64,000 nt of DNA from an uncultured delta proteobacterium (GTDB lineage: Bacteria > Myxococcota_A > Polyangia > Polyangiales > Polyangiaceae). Of the stretch, positions 9,999-22,059 are shown piece by piece; the stretch's first letter is position 1; every line of letters starts with the position of its first letter. A program made the position numbers and the translations under genes. A model generated the notes under the pieces. The model did not search any database, was not told the DNA's origin, and worked only from the letters and a program-made list of their open reading frames with translations. The stretch is taken from assembly GCA_963782055.1 (NCBI GenBank), contig CAWAIF010000003.1:2464001-2528000 (forward strand), written 5' to 3'.

Positions 9999-11259
9999 GG
10001 ACGCGCCCGCGAGCCAATCGCTGCCGAAGTATCAAAAGTCCGGTGGCGTAAAACGGCATCATAGGAACGCGGTATCTGGAGAGGGAACCAAGATTGCTCG
10101 TTGCAAGGCCCACCGCAAGCGCGAATAGCAAAACAAATACAAGTGAGAAGACGAGGGGTGGCGAGCCCACAATCGTCATCCATACACGGAGCCAGGGTCG
10201 CCGGATAAGGATGGCAAGTACCGCGATAGTGATGGTCGTCGTTTCAAGAGAGGCGCCAAATGTTGGGGCATTGCGTGCCTCGAATATCGCCGGACGAAAG
10301 AGCCCGTTTGCCAAAGCCAGAGGCACAAATGGCAGCTGCTGCAGGAAAGTGCGCGCGTCGGCACTGCCGACGCTGATGTAGGAGCCACCCTCGGTCCCCT
10401 GCCAAAGACCTTGCTGGCGCGCCATCGTGCTCGCGAGTCGGTCGACACCAAACTCCGGAAAAATTGACCCGAGTAGGGCCACTCCGCCGGCGGCGACCGC
10501 AGCTGCGAGAATCAGGTACCCAGGCCGGACGTGCGCAAGTCCACCGCGGCGAGCAATCTGGGCAGAATATAGCCACGCACCTAAAGCTATAAAATAGGGA
10601 AACAATATGTACGGCTTGAAGAGTGCCACCCCGACCGCTCCAACTCCCGCCGTCGGCCATGCGGACCATCGGCGGTAGCGGAGGCCGCGATGTGTGGCCC
10701 AGCAGAGCACGCCGAAGGCCGCTAGAGCGAAGGACTCCTTTGCAAATGCGGCGCCCCAGAATACGGCCGACGGGACGAGTAAGCACCCGATCGCAGCGGC
10801 GCCGCGCTCGTCGGCGCGGAATTCGGTGCGGGCAACGCGATAAAGCAGAAGCTGACCGAACCATGAGAACACGGTGGTCGCGAGACACGCCGTAAGGAGG
10901 GAGGCTCCAAAAAGCCAGACGAAGACTCCGCCCACGGCGGACATGCTTCCCGTGGAACTCCCGGCACCGAAAAGTTGAAGGGGCAGGTTGGAAGGAAGAT
11001 GGAACAGCAACCGCAATGTCTCCGGCGCAAAGCGCCAGAAATCGAAATCTAGCAATCTGGCGATGACGGCACCGGTGTCTAGGTATCCGTGGGCATCGCT
11101 GATGCGATAATAGTAATCCTGCAGCAGGAACTGTGCGAAGGAACTGATAATGTGTGCAAGCAACGAAAGCAGGGCGTAGCGCAGCTCGCGGCGCTCCAGG
11201 TCTCGCGTGACGAGGACAGCGAACCCTAGGCCGAGTATGATGAGAATGATCGCCGACAT
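9964..11259 (-). CDS. Polytopic membrane protein, probable Wzy-type polymerase
   Basis: About 11 hydrophobic segments; NLGSLSRYR motif; located between two GT genes. Confidence 0.65.
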   Translation of the reverse strand: MSAIILIILGLGFAVLVTRDLERRELRYALLSLLAHIISSFAQFLLQDYYYRISDAHGYLDTGAVIARLLDFDFWRFAPETLRLLFHLPSNLPLQLFGAGSSTGSMSAVGGVFVWLFGASLLTACLATTVFSWFGQLLLYRVARTEFRADERGAAAIGCLLVPSAVFWGAAFAKESFALAAFGVLCWATHRGLRYRRWSAWPTAGVGAVGVALFKPYILFPYFIALGAWLYSAQIARRGGLAHVRPGYLILAAAVAAGGVALLGSIFPEFGVDRLASTMARQQGLWQGTEGGSYISVGSADARTFLQQLPFVPLALANGLFRPAIFEARNAPTFGASLETTTITIAVLAILIRRPWLRVWMTIVGSPPLVFSLVFVLLFALAVGLATSNLGSLSRYRVPMMPFYATGLLILRQRLARGRVHEHQPPSRASA

Positions 11260-11286
11260 TGGTAGTCACGTGCGCGGCGCGTCCCC

Positions 11287-12432
11287 TTAGAGATGCGGAC
11301 CGCCCCTGCGCGGCTTGGTCGAGGACAGTATGCTTTCCCATTCGCGCTCGTAGTTCGACGTAATGGCGTCGACGTGATAGTTGGAGAGCACGCGGGAGCG
11401 GGCCCGCAGACCCAACTCATGGCGCTGTTCGGGGGAGCGTTCCAAAGTGCGGCGCCAGGCGTCTGCCAGTGCCTCAGCCGCCCCAGTCGGGACGACGATG
11501 CCGGTGTCCCCCACGATCGCGGCCGCATCACCGGCGTTGGTCGTTACGCACGGGATGCCGCACGCCATCGCCTCCCCTAGGACGTTTGGGAACCCCTCCG
11601 AAATGCTTGTAAGCGTCGCAACATCGAAAGCGCTTAAGAGTCGCTCGACGTCCGTACGCTCGCCGAGAAATGAGCAGCAGTTCTCGAGGCGAGCGTCGAC
11701 CACCCAAGCCCGAACATCCGGGTTGTTCCGGAGGCGTTTGCCAGCGACCACAAAGCGGACCTGCGGCATACGGGCGTGGAGCAGGCCTGCCGCGCGAAAG
11801 AAGGTAGGGTAGTCCTTGTTGGGATCGAGCCGAGCGACGATTCCGACGACGGGGGCGGCTTGCGGAATGCCGAGTTCCGTGCGCACAGCACTCCGCGCAG
11901 CCGGGTCGGGGCGAAACTTCGCAACATCGAAACCGTTGGGAATGACAACGAGTCGCGCGGCTGGGTAGCCAGCAGCGATGTGGAAGGCTCGTCCAGCCTC
12001 GGAGTTCACGAAGATGCGGCGCGGCAAGGCGGACAGGCGGGCACCCGCCCGCATCTGCCTCACGGAGCTACGAAGGCTGGGGTCCAGCTTGCTGCAGCGA
12101 ATGGCCCATGCAAGAGGTGCCCCGGCTGCAGCGGCTGCTATGATGCCGAGCAGGTTGGCTGCATACATCCAGGACTGCACGATGTCGGGTCTCCAACGGC
12201 GGGCGAGGCCGGCAAGGCGGAGCAGTCCGCTGGGGGAAACGAGACCGCGGCGCATGGAGAGCGTGTGTAGGTCGACGCCACCAGCGCGGAGCTCGTCGTC
12301 GAAGTCCTCGATGGGCAGCAACACCACGAGCATGACCTCGTGACCGCGCGCAGCGAGGTTGATCGCAAGGCGGCTGGTTTGTCCCTCAGCTCCGCCGCGG
12401 CCCATTGCTGTGATGACGAAGAGAAGCCTCAT
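11287..12432 (-). CDS. Glycosyltransferase family 4
   Basis: GGAE, IPNGFD, EGFPNVLGEAMACG. Confidence 0.92.
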   Translation of the reverse strand: MRLLFVITAMGRGGAEGQTSRLAINLAARGHEVMLVVLLPIEDFDDELRAGGVDLHTLSMRRGLVSPSGLLRLAGLARRWRPDIVQSWMYAANLLGIIAAAAAGAPLAWAIRCSKLDPSLRSSVRQMRAGARLSALPRRIFVNSEAGRAFHIAAGYPAARLVVIPNGFDVAKFRPDPAARSAVRTELGIPQAAPVVGIVARLDPNKDYPTFFRAAGLLHARMPQVRFVVAGKRLRNNPDVRAWVVDARLENCCSFLGERTDVERLLSAFDVATLTSISEGFPNVLGEAMACGIPCVTTNAGDAAAIVGDTGIVVPTGAAEALADAWRRTLERSPEQRHELGLRARSRVLSNYHVDAITSNYEREWESILSSTKPRRGGPHL

Positions 12433-12935
12433 GTGCAGCTTATCCGGAACCGGGCGGAAGTCACGTTGTGGGCCAGGTGGCCCGGGAACGATCCCGGGCG
12501 AAAACGCTCAGCGTAGGTGGGTTCCCCCGCCGGTGGTTCCCGACGCCGGACGTGTTCTTCCAACGCGAACACGTGGAGTGAGGTGGCGACGACAAGCAGC
12601 CTTGCACCGGAATAGTCCTGGGGAGAGTTGTGGCGCCGTTCGCGGTTCCCGTTCAGCGTAGCCTGCCGGCTCCAGCCAGCGAAGCAAGGTGTGGGCGGCG
12701 AGGCAAAGGCCGGCGCCCGCTTGCCTTGTCCAGCCTGGCCTCAGTCTAGCACAAGGCGCACTGCGCGCCATCGTACGCCCTGCAGAAGGCGGGCTGGCCA
12801 GTGCGGCCGCCGTGCAGGTGTGGAAAAAGACGTGGTGGCTTCGCGGGGCAAGAGTCTGCTATGCTTCAACGCCGCAGCGAGGGCTCGTGACGCTGGAGCG
12901 AGTCGCGGTGCGAGTGGCGAACAGGTTGAGGTATT

Positions 12936-13757
12936 ATGAGTGTTTCGAAGGCTCCGCTCGAATATTGGGAATCGGTGTGGAGAAGTGCTCCGACGGGTCA
13001 ATCAGTCAGTCTGGCGCCAGGGTATAGTAACTACGTGGCGCGTAGGTTTGCCGAAGTACTGCGCCGTTCGTTCCTCGCGGCGGAGCCTGCTGCGCGAAGA
13101 GTCATGGAGGTTGGCTGCGGCAACTCGGGCTGGCTCGCGGCGATGCACACGGGCTTTGGTGTCGCGGCCGATGGCCTTGACTATTCGCCCACAGGTCATG
13201 ATCGTGCGGCAGCGCTGTTGCGAGATGCCGGTGGTCCTGGAAGGGTGTATCTTGCCGACATGTTTGTGCCTCCTTCGGAACTGCTTAACGCCTACGATGT
13301 AGCCTTTTCGTTTGGTGTCGTCGAGCACTTCGAGGACACCGCTAGTGCTGTTCGCGCCATTGGGAGATTGGTTCGGCCGGGTGGAATGGTGGTCACCTTT
13401 GTGCCGAATTTTGCAGCTATGATGGGTGTATTGCAGCGCATGATGAATCGGCAAGTCTACGAGCGACATGTGCCACTTGATGCCGATCGCCTCGCCGCCG
13501 CCCACGAGCGGGCGGGTTTGATAGTTGAGGAACGGGGTTACACGCCTCTCCTCAATCTTGATGTCGTGAATCATGGTCGTCGGGGCTTGGCAGGACGTGT
13601 CCTACAGGTTGGGTTCGCTATCGGGAACCGAGCAGGGTACCTCATTGACGAGGCGGTGCGTCCAGCGCCGCGCCGCCTCGTGGCGCCATACGCGTACGTT
13701 GCGGCTCGGGTGGTTGCTTCCGCTGAGCAGCGTCGGCCATTGGGACGAAGCTCCTGA
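12936..13757 (+). CDS. Class I SAM-dependent methyltransferase
   Basis: MEVGCG, GLDYS, FGVVEHF, RPGG motifs. Confidence 0.88.
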   Translation: MSVSKAPLEYWESVWRSAPTGQSVSLAPGYSNYVARRFAEVLRRSFLAAEPAARRVMEVGCGNSGWLAAMHTGFGVAADGLDYSPTGHDRAAALLRDAGGPGRVYLADMFVPPSELLNAYDVAFSFGVVEHFEDTASAVRAIGRLVRPGGMVVTFVPNFAAMMGVLQRMMNRQVYERHVPLDADRLAAAHERAGLIVEERGYTPLLNLDVVNHGRRGLAGRVLQVGFAIGNRAGYLIDEAVRPAPRRLVAPYAYVAARVVASAEQRRPLGRSS

Positions 13758-13767
13758 CGCCAGCCCG

Positions 13768-14736
13768 TCAAACGCGTCGAGCGAAATAGGTCACGATGCC
13801 GTACTGATGGTGTCGCATCTCCCAACGTGCCCGGAGAGGCGCGGTCACGCGATCAATCACGGAGAGCGGATGTGTGGCAGCGAAGTGCGCGAGGTTTTTC
13901 GCCGTGCGCGGAAGCCCGCGATCGCGAAGCCATACATCATGAGTCTTGCGGCTATCGCGCCAACCATAGTGCCGCCCCAGCCGTCGGGACACGAAGTACC
14001 TTAACCAGCCAACGGGTAACATGCTGTAGATGTTGTCCGTGTAGTCGACGGCGAGCAGTTCAAAGCCAGTGCGGTGGAGATACTGCCGGACCGTTGGTTC
14101 GGTGAAGAAGTAAAGATGGCGGGGAACGTCTTCACGGTATAGGTGGCGTGACGCTAGGCTGTCGAAGTTGGTGACCAGAAAGACAAAGACGCCACGTGGT
14201 TTGAGAACCTGTGCCGCTTTCTCGAAGTACACCATTGGGTTGTGGACATGCTCAAGTACGGCCCACGCCGAGACGGCATCGAAGGTGGCGCTGCTGAGCG
14301 GGATCTCGTGGAAAGGTCGTGTATAAACGGGAAAATCTCCGATGGGAGTTGAGGATCGTGACACTTCGACGCCCTCTACGTCCCACCCGCGGGCGCGCAT
14401 CACGCGAGGGAAATCACCATTTGCGCAGCCGATGTCGAGAAGCCGACGTGGTTGCTCGGTAGTGGCAAAGCGTTCGATGAAGCTGGCTTCGATGTCATAG
14501 CGCCGCTTGTGGTATGCTAGATCCGTATCGAACTCGTGGTAGAATGCGGTGGGATAGTAACCACCCATCTCCGACGGGGAAGGTCGCGGACTGACGAAAC
14601 CGAGACCGCAGCGCCCGCACCTGTTTATGGTGAACCACTCGTCAGGGTGATAGTGAACGTCCGGCGCACGGTACGCGATCGACAGGTCGTCGGAGCCGCA
14701 GAGATTACAGTTGACAGATTCCATGCGACCGGGCAC
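13768..14736 (-). CDS. Class I SAM-dependent methyltransferase with N-terminal Zn ribbon
   Basis: CNLC...CGRCG, LLDIGCANG, VLEHV, DVPRHLYFFT. Confidence 0.88.
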   Translation of the reverse strand: MPGRMESVNCNLCGSDDLSIAYRAPDVHYHPDEWFTINRCGRCGLGFVSPRPSPSEMGGYYPTAFYHEFDTDLAYHKRRYDIEASFIERFATTEQPRRLLDIGCANGDFPRVMRARGWDVEGVEVSRSSTPIGDFPVYTRPFHEIPLSSATFDAVSAWAVLEHVHNPMVYFEKAAQVLKPRGVFVFLVTNFDSLASRHLYREDVPRHLYFFTEPTVRQYLHRTGFELLAVDYTDNIYSMLPVGWLRYFVSRRLGRHYGWRDSRKTHDVWLRDRGLPRTAKNLAHFAATHPLSVIDRVTAPLRARWEMRHHQYGIVTYFARRV

Positions 14737-14782
14737 CTATCATATGCATTTGGAGAAGGTCTACCTGGACGGCTCCAGGCTA

Positions 14783-16729
14783 CTAGTTTATGCTCCGGTC
14801 CACCGTGGTGGACTGGTGGGGGAGCGGGGGCTTGCGTTCTCGGCCTGGGGCGGCTGCGTATTCAGGCACCAGGCTGCCAAATGCACTCTTCGTCGCCTCC
14901 CGGTCTCCTCCATCGCTCAGTGCATGCAGCTCTCTGAGGCCCTCTTCAACACGCCCCCACTCGTACGGCCTGAACTTCCCGACGAAGATCTTCGGGTGCT
15001 TCGTCTTGTCCGCGTGCTCGTCGTCCGTCGACAGCTCCTCGAAGAGCTTCTCCCCCGGGCGCATCCCTGTGAACTTGATCTCGATGTCCTCACCGGGGAC
15101 CAGGCCGCTCAGCTTGATGAGGTCGGTCGCCAGGTCCACGATCTTCACCGGCTCGCCCATGTCGAGGACGAAGATCTCGCCACCCACGCCCATGGCGCCG
15201 GCCTGGAGGATGAGCTGGCACGCCTCCGGGATGGTCATGAAGTAGCGCTTCATCTCGGGGTGCGTGACGGTGATCGGCCCGCCCGCGGCGATCTGCTCCT
15301 GGAAGAGGGGAATGACGCTGCCCGCGCTGCCGAGCACGTTGCCGAACCGCACGGTGACGAACTGGGTCTTGCTCCGCTGGGAGAGGGCCTGGACGTAGAT
15401 CTCGGCGGTGCGCTTGGAGACGCCCATCACGGAGGTCGGGTTCACGGCCTTGTCGGTGGAGACCATGACGAACTTCTCGACGCCGTGCTCCGAGGACAGG
15501 TCGGCCACCTTCTTTGTGCCGAAGACGTTGTTCTTGATCGCCTCGCCGGGGTTCTCCTCCATCATCGGCACGTGCTTGTGCGCCGCAGCGTGGAAGACGA
15601 CCTGCGGGCGTTCGGCGTCGAAGATCGTCGCCATGCGCTTGGTGTCGCAGATGTCGGCGATGCAGGGCACGACCGGGACGTCGGGGAACTCCCGCACGAG
15701 CGCGCGGTGGATGTGGAACAGGTTGTTCTCCGCCTGCTCGACCAGGACGACCTTGGCCGGTCCGAAGCGGCAGACCTGCTTGCAGAGCTCGGAGCCGATG
15801 CTGCCGCCGGCGCCGGTCACCAGCACGACGCGTGACCGGACGAAGGCGCTGATGCCTTCGGTGTCGAGCTGAACCGGCTCGCGGCCGAGGAGGTCGTCGA
15901 TCTTGACGGCCTGGAGCTGGTTCACCGCGACGCGGCCGTCGATGACCTTGTCCATGCCCGGCAGCGTCCGGATGTGGGCGCCGGTGCCGGTGCAGACGTC
16001 GACGATGCGGCGCATTTCCTTCCCGGAGAGGGAAGGGATGGCGATGATGACCTCGTCGATCTCCTTCTCGGCCACGAGCTCGGGCACCTTGGCGATGGGA
16101 CCGAGCACCGACACGCCGTGGATGCGCTCGCCAACCTTGACGCGGTTGTCGTCGACGAAGCCCACCGCCTCGAACTTGGAGGCGTGGATGCGCGTGATCT
16201 CGCGCATCAGCATCTCGCCCGCGTCGCCGGCGCCCACGACGAGCACGCGCTTGCGCCCCTCCGGCGGAGGCTGCGCGGCACCGACCAGGAGCTCGCGGAA
16301 GGCGCGGATGCTGAAGCGCACGCCGCCGACGACGATGACGCTTCCGAACCAGTCCATGATGATGACGGAGCGCGGGAGGCCGTGCGGTCCGAAGATGCGC
16401 TCGGCGAAGGCGAAGACGGCCGTGCCGACGGCGGCGGCCTTGACGATGGCGATGAGGTCCCGCGAGCCGGAGTAGCGCCAGAGGCCGTGGAACAGGCCGA
16501 ACCAGGAGTGGACCACCGTGCGGATGACCAGGAGCGTCAGCAGCCAGATGGGGATGATCTTCAGGTATGCGCCAGGGATCCGGAACTCGAAGCGCAGCAT
16601 GAAGGCGCCGAGCAGCGAGGCCGACCACATCACCAGGTGCGCGGCGACGACGAAGACCCGCCGGTAGGTGATGAGGAAGCGTTGCACCGCAGACATCCCA
16701 GGGTTCGTGGCGCCGGCCCAGGCGCCCAT
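14783..16729 (-). CDS. CapD/PglF/WbpM-type membrane-bound UDP-GlcNAc 4,6-dehydratase
   Basis: N-terminal TMs; TGAGGSIGSEL, HAAAHKHVP, STDKAV, RFGNVLGS, RPGEKLFEEL. Confidence 0.95.
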   Translation of the reverse strand: MGAWAGATNPGMSAVQRFLITYRRVFVVAAHLVMWSASLLGAFMLRFEFRIPGAYLKIIPIWLLTLLVIRTVVHSWFGLFHGLWRYSGSRDLIAIVKAAAVGTAVFAFAERIFGPHGLPRSVIIMDWFGSVIVVGGVRFSIRAFRELLVGAAQPPPEGRKRVLVVGAGDAGEMLMREITRIHASKFEAVGFVDDNRVKVGERIHGVSVLGPIAKVPELVAEKEIDEVIIAIPSLSGKEMRRIVDVCTGTGAHIRTLPGMDKVIDGRVAVNQLQAVKIDDLLGREPVQLDTEGISAFVRSRVVLVTGAGGSIGSELCKQVCRFGPAKVVLVEQAENNLFHIHRALVREFPDVPVVPCIADICDTKRMATIFDAERPQVVFHAAAHKHVPMMEENPGEAIKNNVFGTKKVADLSSEHGVEKFVMVSTDKAVNPTSVMGVSKRTAEIYVQALSQRSKTQFVTVRFGNVLGSAGSVIPLFQEQIAAGGPITVTHPEMKRYFMTIPEACQLILQAGAMGVGGEIFVLDMGEPVKIVDLATDLIKLSGLVPGEDIEIKFTGMRPGEKLFEELSTDDEHADKTKHPKIFVGKFRPYEWGRVEEGLRELHALSDGGDREATKSAFGSLVPEYAAAPGRERKPPLPHQSTTVDRSIN

Positions 16730-16790
16730 TCAACCGAGAATCCGGCAGGTTAGGCTGGCCAACCGGGGCTGCCGAGAGTAGCACAGAGCC

Positions 16791-17432
16791 GTGGAGCAAG
16801 CGGGTTTTCGGCGCCTCGCGAAGCGGATGCTTGACATGTCCATCGCCGGGACGGTCGGCCTGCTGGCCGCGCCTGTCGTCGGCGCCGCCGCCCTCGCGGT
16901 GCGCGCCACGATGGGCACGCCAGTGTTCTTCCGGCAGAAGCGCCCCGGGCTGCGCGGCGAGCCCTTCGGCGTGTTGAAGTTCCGGACGATGACCCAGGAG
17001 CGGGATGCATCCGGGGCACTCCGTCCGGACGCGGAGCGGCTCACGGCGGTCGGGCGCTTCTTGCGGTCGTCGAGCATCGACGAGTTGCCGCAGCTCTGGA
17101 ACGTGCTGCGAGGCGACATGAGCCTCGTCGGGCCGCGCCCGCTGCTGATGCAGTACCTGACGCGCTACTCGCCCGAGCAGGCGCGCCGGCACGACGTGCT
17201 GCCCGGGATCACCGGCTGGGCGCAGATCAACGGGCGCAACACGCTCTCGTGGGACGAGAAGTTCCGGCTGGACTCCTGGTACGTCGACCACTGGTCCCTG
17301 GGCCTCGACCTGAAGATCCTGGCGCTCACCGCGCTGCGTGTGGTCCGACGCGAGGGGATCTCCAGCGAGGGGCACGTGACGATGCCGGAGTTCATGGGAT
17401 CGGCGAAGGTGAACGGCGAGGCGCGGGCGTGA
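16791..17432 (+). CDS. PglC-type phosphoglycosyl transferase
   Basis: KFRTM, DELPQLWNVLRGDMSLVGPRP, PGITGWAQINGRN. Confidence 0.95.
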   Translation: MEQAGFRRLAKRMLDMSIAGTVGLLAAPVVGAAALAVRATMGTPVFFRQKRPGLRGEPFGVLKFRTMTQERDASGALRPDAERLTAVGRFLRSSSIDELPQLWNVLRGDMSLVGPRPLLMQYLTRYSPEQARRHDVLPGITGWAQINGRNTLSWDEKFRLDSWYVDHWSLGLDLKILALTALRVVRREGISSEGHVTMPEFMGSAKVNGEARA

Positions 17433-18058
17433 GGTTCGTGGTCTTCGGCGCCGCCGGTCAGGCGCGGGAGATGGAGTGGTACCTGCGGGATCTCGGCCAC
17501 ACCTGCGTCGGCTTCGTCGTGAGCGACGTCACGCGCGTCGGCCCGAACGACTCGCGCGAGCGCCTGCTCGGGGACCTCTCCTGGCTCGACGCGCATCTGG
17601 ACGAGGTCGACGCCTTCACGCTGGGGATCGGCACGCCCGCCCCGCGGCTGAAGGTGGCGGCGGAGGTCCGCGCGCGGCATCCCGGCATCCCGTGGCCGGC
17701 GGTCGTGCACCCCTCGGCCGTCTTCGATCGCGAGACGACGCGCATCGAGCACGGCGTGATGGTCGGCGCGGGTGCCGTGCTGACGGTCAACGTGGTGCTC
17801 GAGGAGCACTGCATGATCAACTTCGGTGCGACCGTCGGTCACGAGGCGCGCGTGGGGCGCGGTGCCGTGGTCTATCCCGGCGCAAACCTGTCCGGCGGTG
17901 TCACGATCGGGGAGGGCGCCATGATCGGTGCCGGCGCGGTGGTACGTCAGTACGTGCGCGTGGGCAAAGGGGCGATCGTGGGCGCTGGCGCAGTCGCGAT
18001 TCGAGACGTGCCCGATGGGGCCACCGTCGTCGGTGTCCCCGCCCGCCCGATGCCGTGA
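17429..18058 (+). CDS. PglD/NeuD-like hexapeptide-repeat acetyltransferase
   Basis: GTG start overlaps the upstream stop; VHPSA, left-handed beta-helix repeats, VVGVPAR. Confidence 0.88.
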   Translation: MRFVVFGAAGQAREMEWYLRDLGHTCVGFVVSDVTRVGPNDSRERLLGDLSWLDAHLDEVDAFTLGIGTPAPRLKVAAEVRARHPGIPWPAVVHPSAVFDRETTRIEHGVMVGAGAVLTVNVVLEEHCMINFGATVGHEARVGRGAVVYPGANLSGGVTIGEGAMIGAGAVVRQYVRVGKGAIVGAGAVAIRDVPDGATVVGVPARPMP

Positions 18059-18062
18059 GCGA

Positions 18063-19337
<1,275 letters not shown>

Positions 19338-19409
19338 GGCGTTCTGCGAGCTTGCGCTGGAAGGTTGCGGCGCGCCACGGTAGCACACGCCACGAAGGAG
19401 GCCCACGCG

Positions 19410-20015
19410 ATGCCGGAAGAGTACTTCGTCCACCCCAGCGCCGTCGTCGACCCCGGTGCCGTCATCGGTTGCAAGACGCGGGTCTGGCATTTCACCCACG
19501 TGGCCGGCGGGGCCCGCATCGGCGAGCGGTGCAGCCTGGGGCAGAACGTCTACGTCGCGCCCACCGCCGTGCTGGGCGACGACGTGAAGGTGCAGAACAA
19601 CGTGTCCCTCTACGACGGCGTCGTGCTGGAGGACTTCGTCTTCCTGGGTCCCTCGTGCGTGCTGACGAACGTGAACAACCCGAGAGCGGAGATCCCGAGG
19701 AAGGACGAGTACCGGCGGACGCTGATTCGCCGTGGGGCGAGCGTCGGCGCCAACGCGACGATCGTGTGCGGCGCGACCGTCGGCCGGTACGCCTTCGTCG
19801 CGGCGGGCGCGGTGATCACGCGGGGCGAGGTGCCCGACTACGCGCTGATGGCCGGCGTGCCCGCGCGGCGCGTCGGGTGGATGAGCCGTCACGGCGCGCC
19901 CCTGCGCGACGCGGGCGAAGACGGCGTGTACGTATGTCCGCTCTCCGGCTGGCGGTACCAGGAGCGCGAGGGCGACCTTCGCTGCCTGGACCACGACGAG
20001 GACGCACCCCTTTGA
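19410..20015 (+). CDS. WbpD-like N-acetyltransferase
   Basis: [35 protein letters not shown]. Confidence 0.9.
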   Translation: MPEEYFVHPSAVVDPGAVIGCKTRVWHFTHVAGGARIGERCSLGQNVYVAPTAVLGDDVKVQNNVSLYDGVVLEDFVFLGPSCVLTNVNNPRAEIPRKDEYRRTLIRRGASVGANATIVCGATVGRYAFVAAGAVITRGEVPDYALMAGVPARRVGWMSRHGAPLRDAGEDGVYVCPLSGWRYQEREGDLRCLDHDEDAPL

Positions 20016-21118
20016 CCGATCGCGTCCCCATGCTCGACCTGCGCGCGCAGTACGCGTCCATCCGCGCGGAGGTGGACGCGGCGATGGCGCGCGTCGTGGA
20101 GTCACAGCGCTTCATCCTGGGGCCGGAGGTCGAGGCGCTGGAGGGGGAGATCGCGGCGTACTGCGGCTGCACGTACGCCGTGGGTGTCTCGTCCGGGACG
20201 GACGCCTTGCTCGCCGCGCTCATGGCGCTCGGCGTGGGCCCCGGCGACGAGGTGATCACCACGCCCTTCACCTTCGCCGCGACGGCCACCGCCATCGCGC
20301 GGCTGGGGGCGCGCGCGGTGTTCGTGGACCTCGAGCCGCGGACCTTCAACGTGGACGTGACGCGCGTGGCCGATGCGATGACGCCCCGCACTCGCGCGAT
20401 CGTGCCGGTGCACCTCTACGGGCAGATGGCGGAGGTCCTCGCGCTCCGGGAGATCGCGGGGGACGTGCCCGTCGTGGAGGACGCGGCGCAGGCGATCGGT
20501 GCAGAGCAGGATGGGCGGCGCGCCGGCTCGGTCGGCCGCGCGGGGGCGCTGAGCTTCTTCCCGTCGAAGAACCTTGGTGCCTTCGGAGACGGCGGGATGG
20601 TGCTGACGAGCGACGCCGCGCTCGCCGAGCGGGTGCGCGTGCTGCGCAGTCAGGGGCAGCGCGCGCGCCACGAGGTGGTGGAGATCGGCGGCAACTTCCG
20701 GCTGGACGCGCTGCAAGCGGCGGTGCTGCGGGTGAAGCTGCGGCACCTGGACGCGTGGACGGAGGCGCGGCAGCGGAACGCGGCGCGCTACGCGGAGCTG
20801 CTCGCGTCGGCGAGCGTTCCCGTCACGATGCCGGTCACGCTGCCCGGCCGCCGTCACGTCTTCAACCAGCTCGTCGTGCGCGTCCCGCGGCGCGACGCGC
20901 TGCGCGCGCACCTGGCCGCGCGCGGGATCGCGAGCGAAGTCTACTACCCGACCCCGCTGCACCTGCAGCCGGCGTTCGCGGCGTGGGGCGGCGAGCCGGG
21001 CGATTTCCCCGAGGCCGAGCGCGCGTCGCGGGAGGTGCTGGCGCTGCCGGTGTACCCCGAGCTCACGGAGGACCAGATCGGGGAGGTCGTCGGCGCGATC
21101 CGAGACTTCTCCTTCTGA
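20012..21118 (+). CDS. DegT/DnrJ/EryC1/StrS aminotransferase (WbpE-like)
   Basis: [31 protein letters not shown]. Confidence 0.93.
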   Translation: MTDRVPMLDLRAQYASIRAEVDAAMARVVESQRFILGPEVEALEGEIAAYCGCTYAVGVSSGTDALLAALMALGVGPGDEVITTPFTFAATATAIARLGARAVFVDLEPRTFNVDVTRVADAMTPRTRAIVPVHLYGQMAEVLALREIAGDVPVVEDAAQAIGAEQDGRRAGSVGRAGALSFFPSKNLGAFGDGGMVLTSDAALAERVRVLRSQGQRARHEVVEIGGNFRLDALQAAVLRVKLRHLDAWTEARQRNAARYAELLASASVPVTMPVTLPGRRHVFNQLVVRVPRRDALRAHLAARGIASEVYYPTPLHLQPAFAAWGGEPGDFPEAERASREVLALPVYPELTEDQIGEVVGAIRDFSF

Positions 21119-21120
21119 CT

Positions 21121-21270
21121 GGCGCCCGCGCCCGCCCCCGCGGTCGCGCTCGCGCCCGCCCCCGCGCCCGCGCCCGCGCTCGCGCCCGCCCCCGCGCCCG
21201 CGCCCGCCCCCGCGCTCGCGCTCGCGCTCGCGCCCGCGCCCGCCCCCGCGCTCGCGCTCGCGCTCTCCCG
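21121..21270. repeat. Degenerate hexamer tandem repeat (GCGCCC/GCGCTC/GCCCCC)
   Basis: Directly visible immediately after the aminotransferase stop. Confidence 0.9.
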
Positions 21271-21299
21271 CATTCCCGAAGGTGAAGGAGACAAGGTGA

Positions 21300-21528
21300 A
21301 GGGAAGGGGAAAGGGAGAGGGGGAAGGGAGAGGGGGAAGGGAGAGGGGAAAGGGAGAGGGGGAAGGGAGAGGGGAAAGGGAGAGGGGGAAGGGAGAGGGG
21401 GAAGGGAGAGGGGGAAGGGAGAGGGGAAAGGGAGAGGGGAAAGGGAGAGGGGAAGGGAGAGGGGAAGGGAGAGGGGAAGGGGAGAGGGGAAAGGGAGAGG
21501 GGAAAGGGAGAGGGGAAAGGGAGAGGGG
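21300..21528. repeat. Pure-purine 12-13-bp tandem repeat GGGAGAGGGG(G/A)AA, about 17 copies
   Basis: Directly visible. Confidence 0.95.
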
Positions 21529-21529
21529 C

Positions 21530-21732
21530 TCTCGCTCGGGGGAGGGGATGGTCCCGCCGTGCTCGGAGTCCGCAAGGCCGGGGCCGTCCTCGCCGTGCTC
21601 GGGCGCTACGCGCCCTGCGCGCGGCTCCGGGCGGTGCTCGCTGGCGCTCGCAGCCTTGCGGACTCCTGCGCGCGGCGGGTCGGGCCATGGGCCCCGCGCG
21701 CGGTGCGCGGGCGTTTGCCAAAGGAGCTCGTG
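21530..21732 (+). ncRNA. Candidate structured leader RNA or DNA hairpin upstream of four-helix-bundle gene 1
   Basis: Perfect 14-bp stem GGAGTCCGCAAGGC (21565-21578) / GCCTTGCGGACTCC (21653-21666); conserved in the inverted copy at 22752-22915. Confidence 0.45.
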
Positions 21733-22059
21733 ATGAATCTTCGAATCTACCCCGTGGTGCTGGAGCTGGTGCGGGAGGTCGGGCCGCGGCTGCGGGAGCT
21801 CGCGCGGCACGATCCGGATCTCGCGCGGCAGTGCCGCAGGGCGCTGGCGAGCGTGCCGCTCAACGTGGCGGAGGGCGCGTTCGCTCGGGGGCGGAACAAG
21901 CAGGCGCGCTACCACACCGCGCTCGGCTCGCTGCGCGAGACGCAGGCGTGCTTCGAGGTCGCCGAGGCGCTCGGCTACATGCCGGCGCTGGACGCGGGGC
22001 TTCGAGCGCGCTTCCGGCAGGTGCTCGGCACGCTGGTGCGGCTGGCCGGCGCGCACTGA
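21733..22059 (+). CDS. Four-helix-bundle protein (23S rRNA IVP/Avd-like), copy 1
   Basis: DLARQCRRALASVPLNVAEG...ALGSLRETQAC..VAEALGY; AAGGAG RBS. Confidence 0.88.
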   Translation: MNLRIYPVVLELVREVGPRLRELARHDPDLARQCRRALASVPLNVAEGAFARGRNKQARYHTALGSLRETQACFEVAEALGYMPALDAGLRARFRQVLGTLVRLAGAH

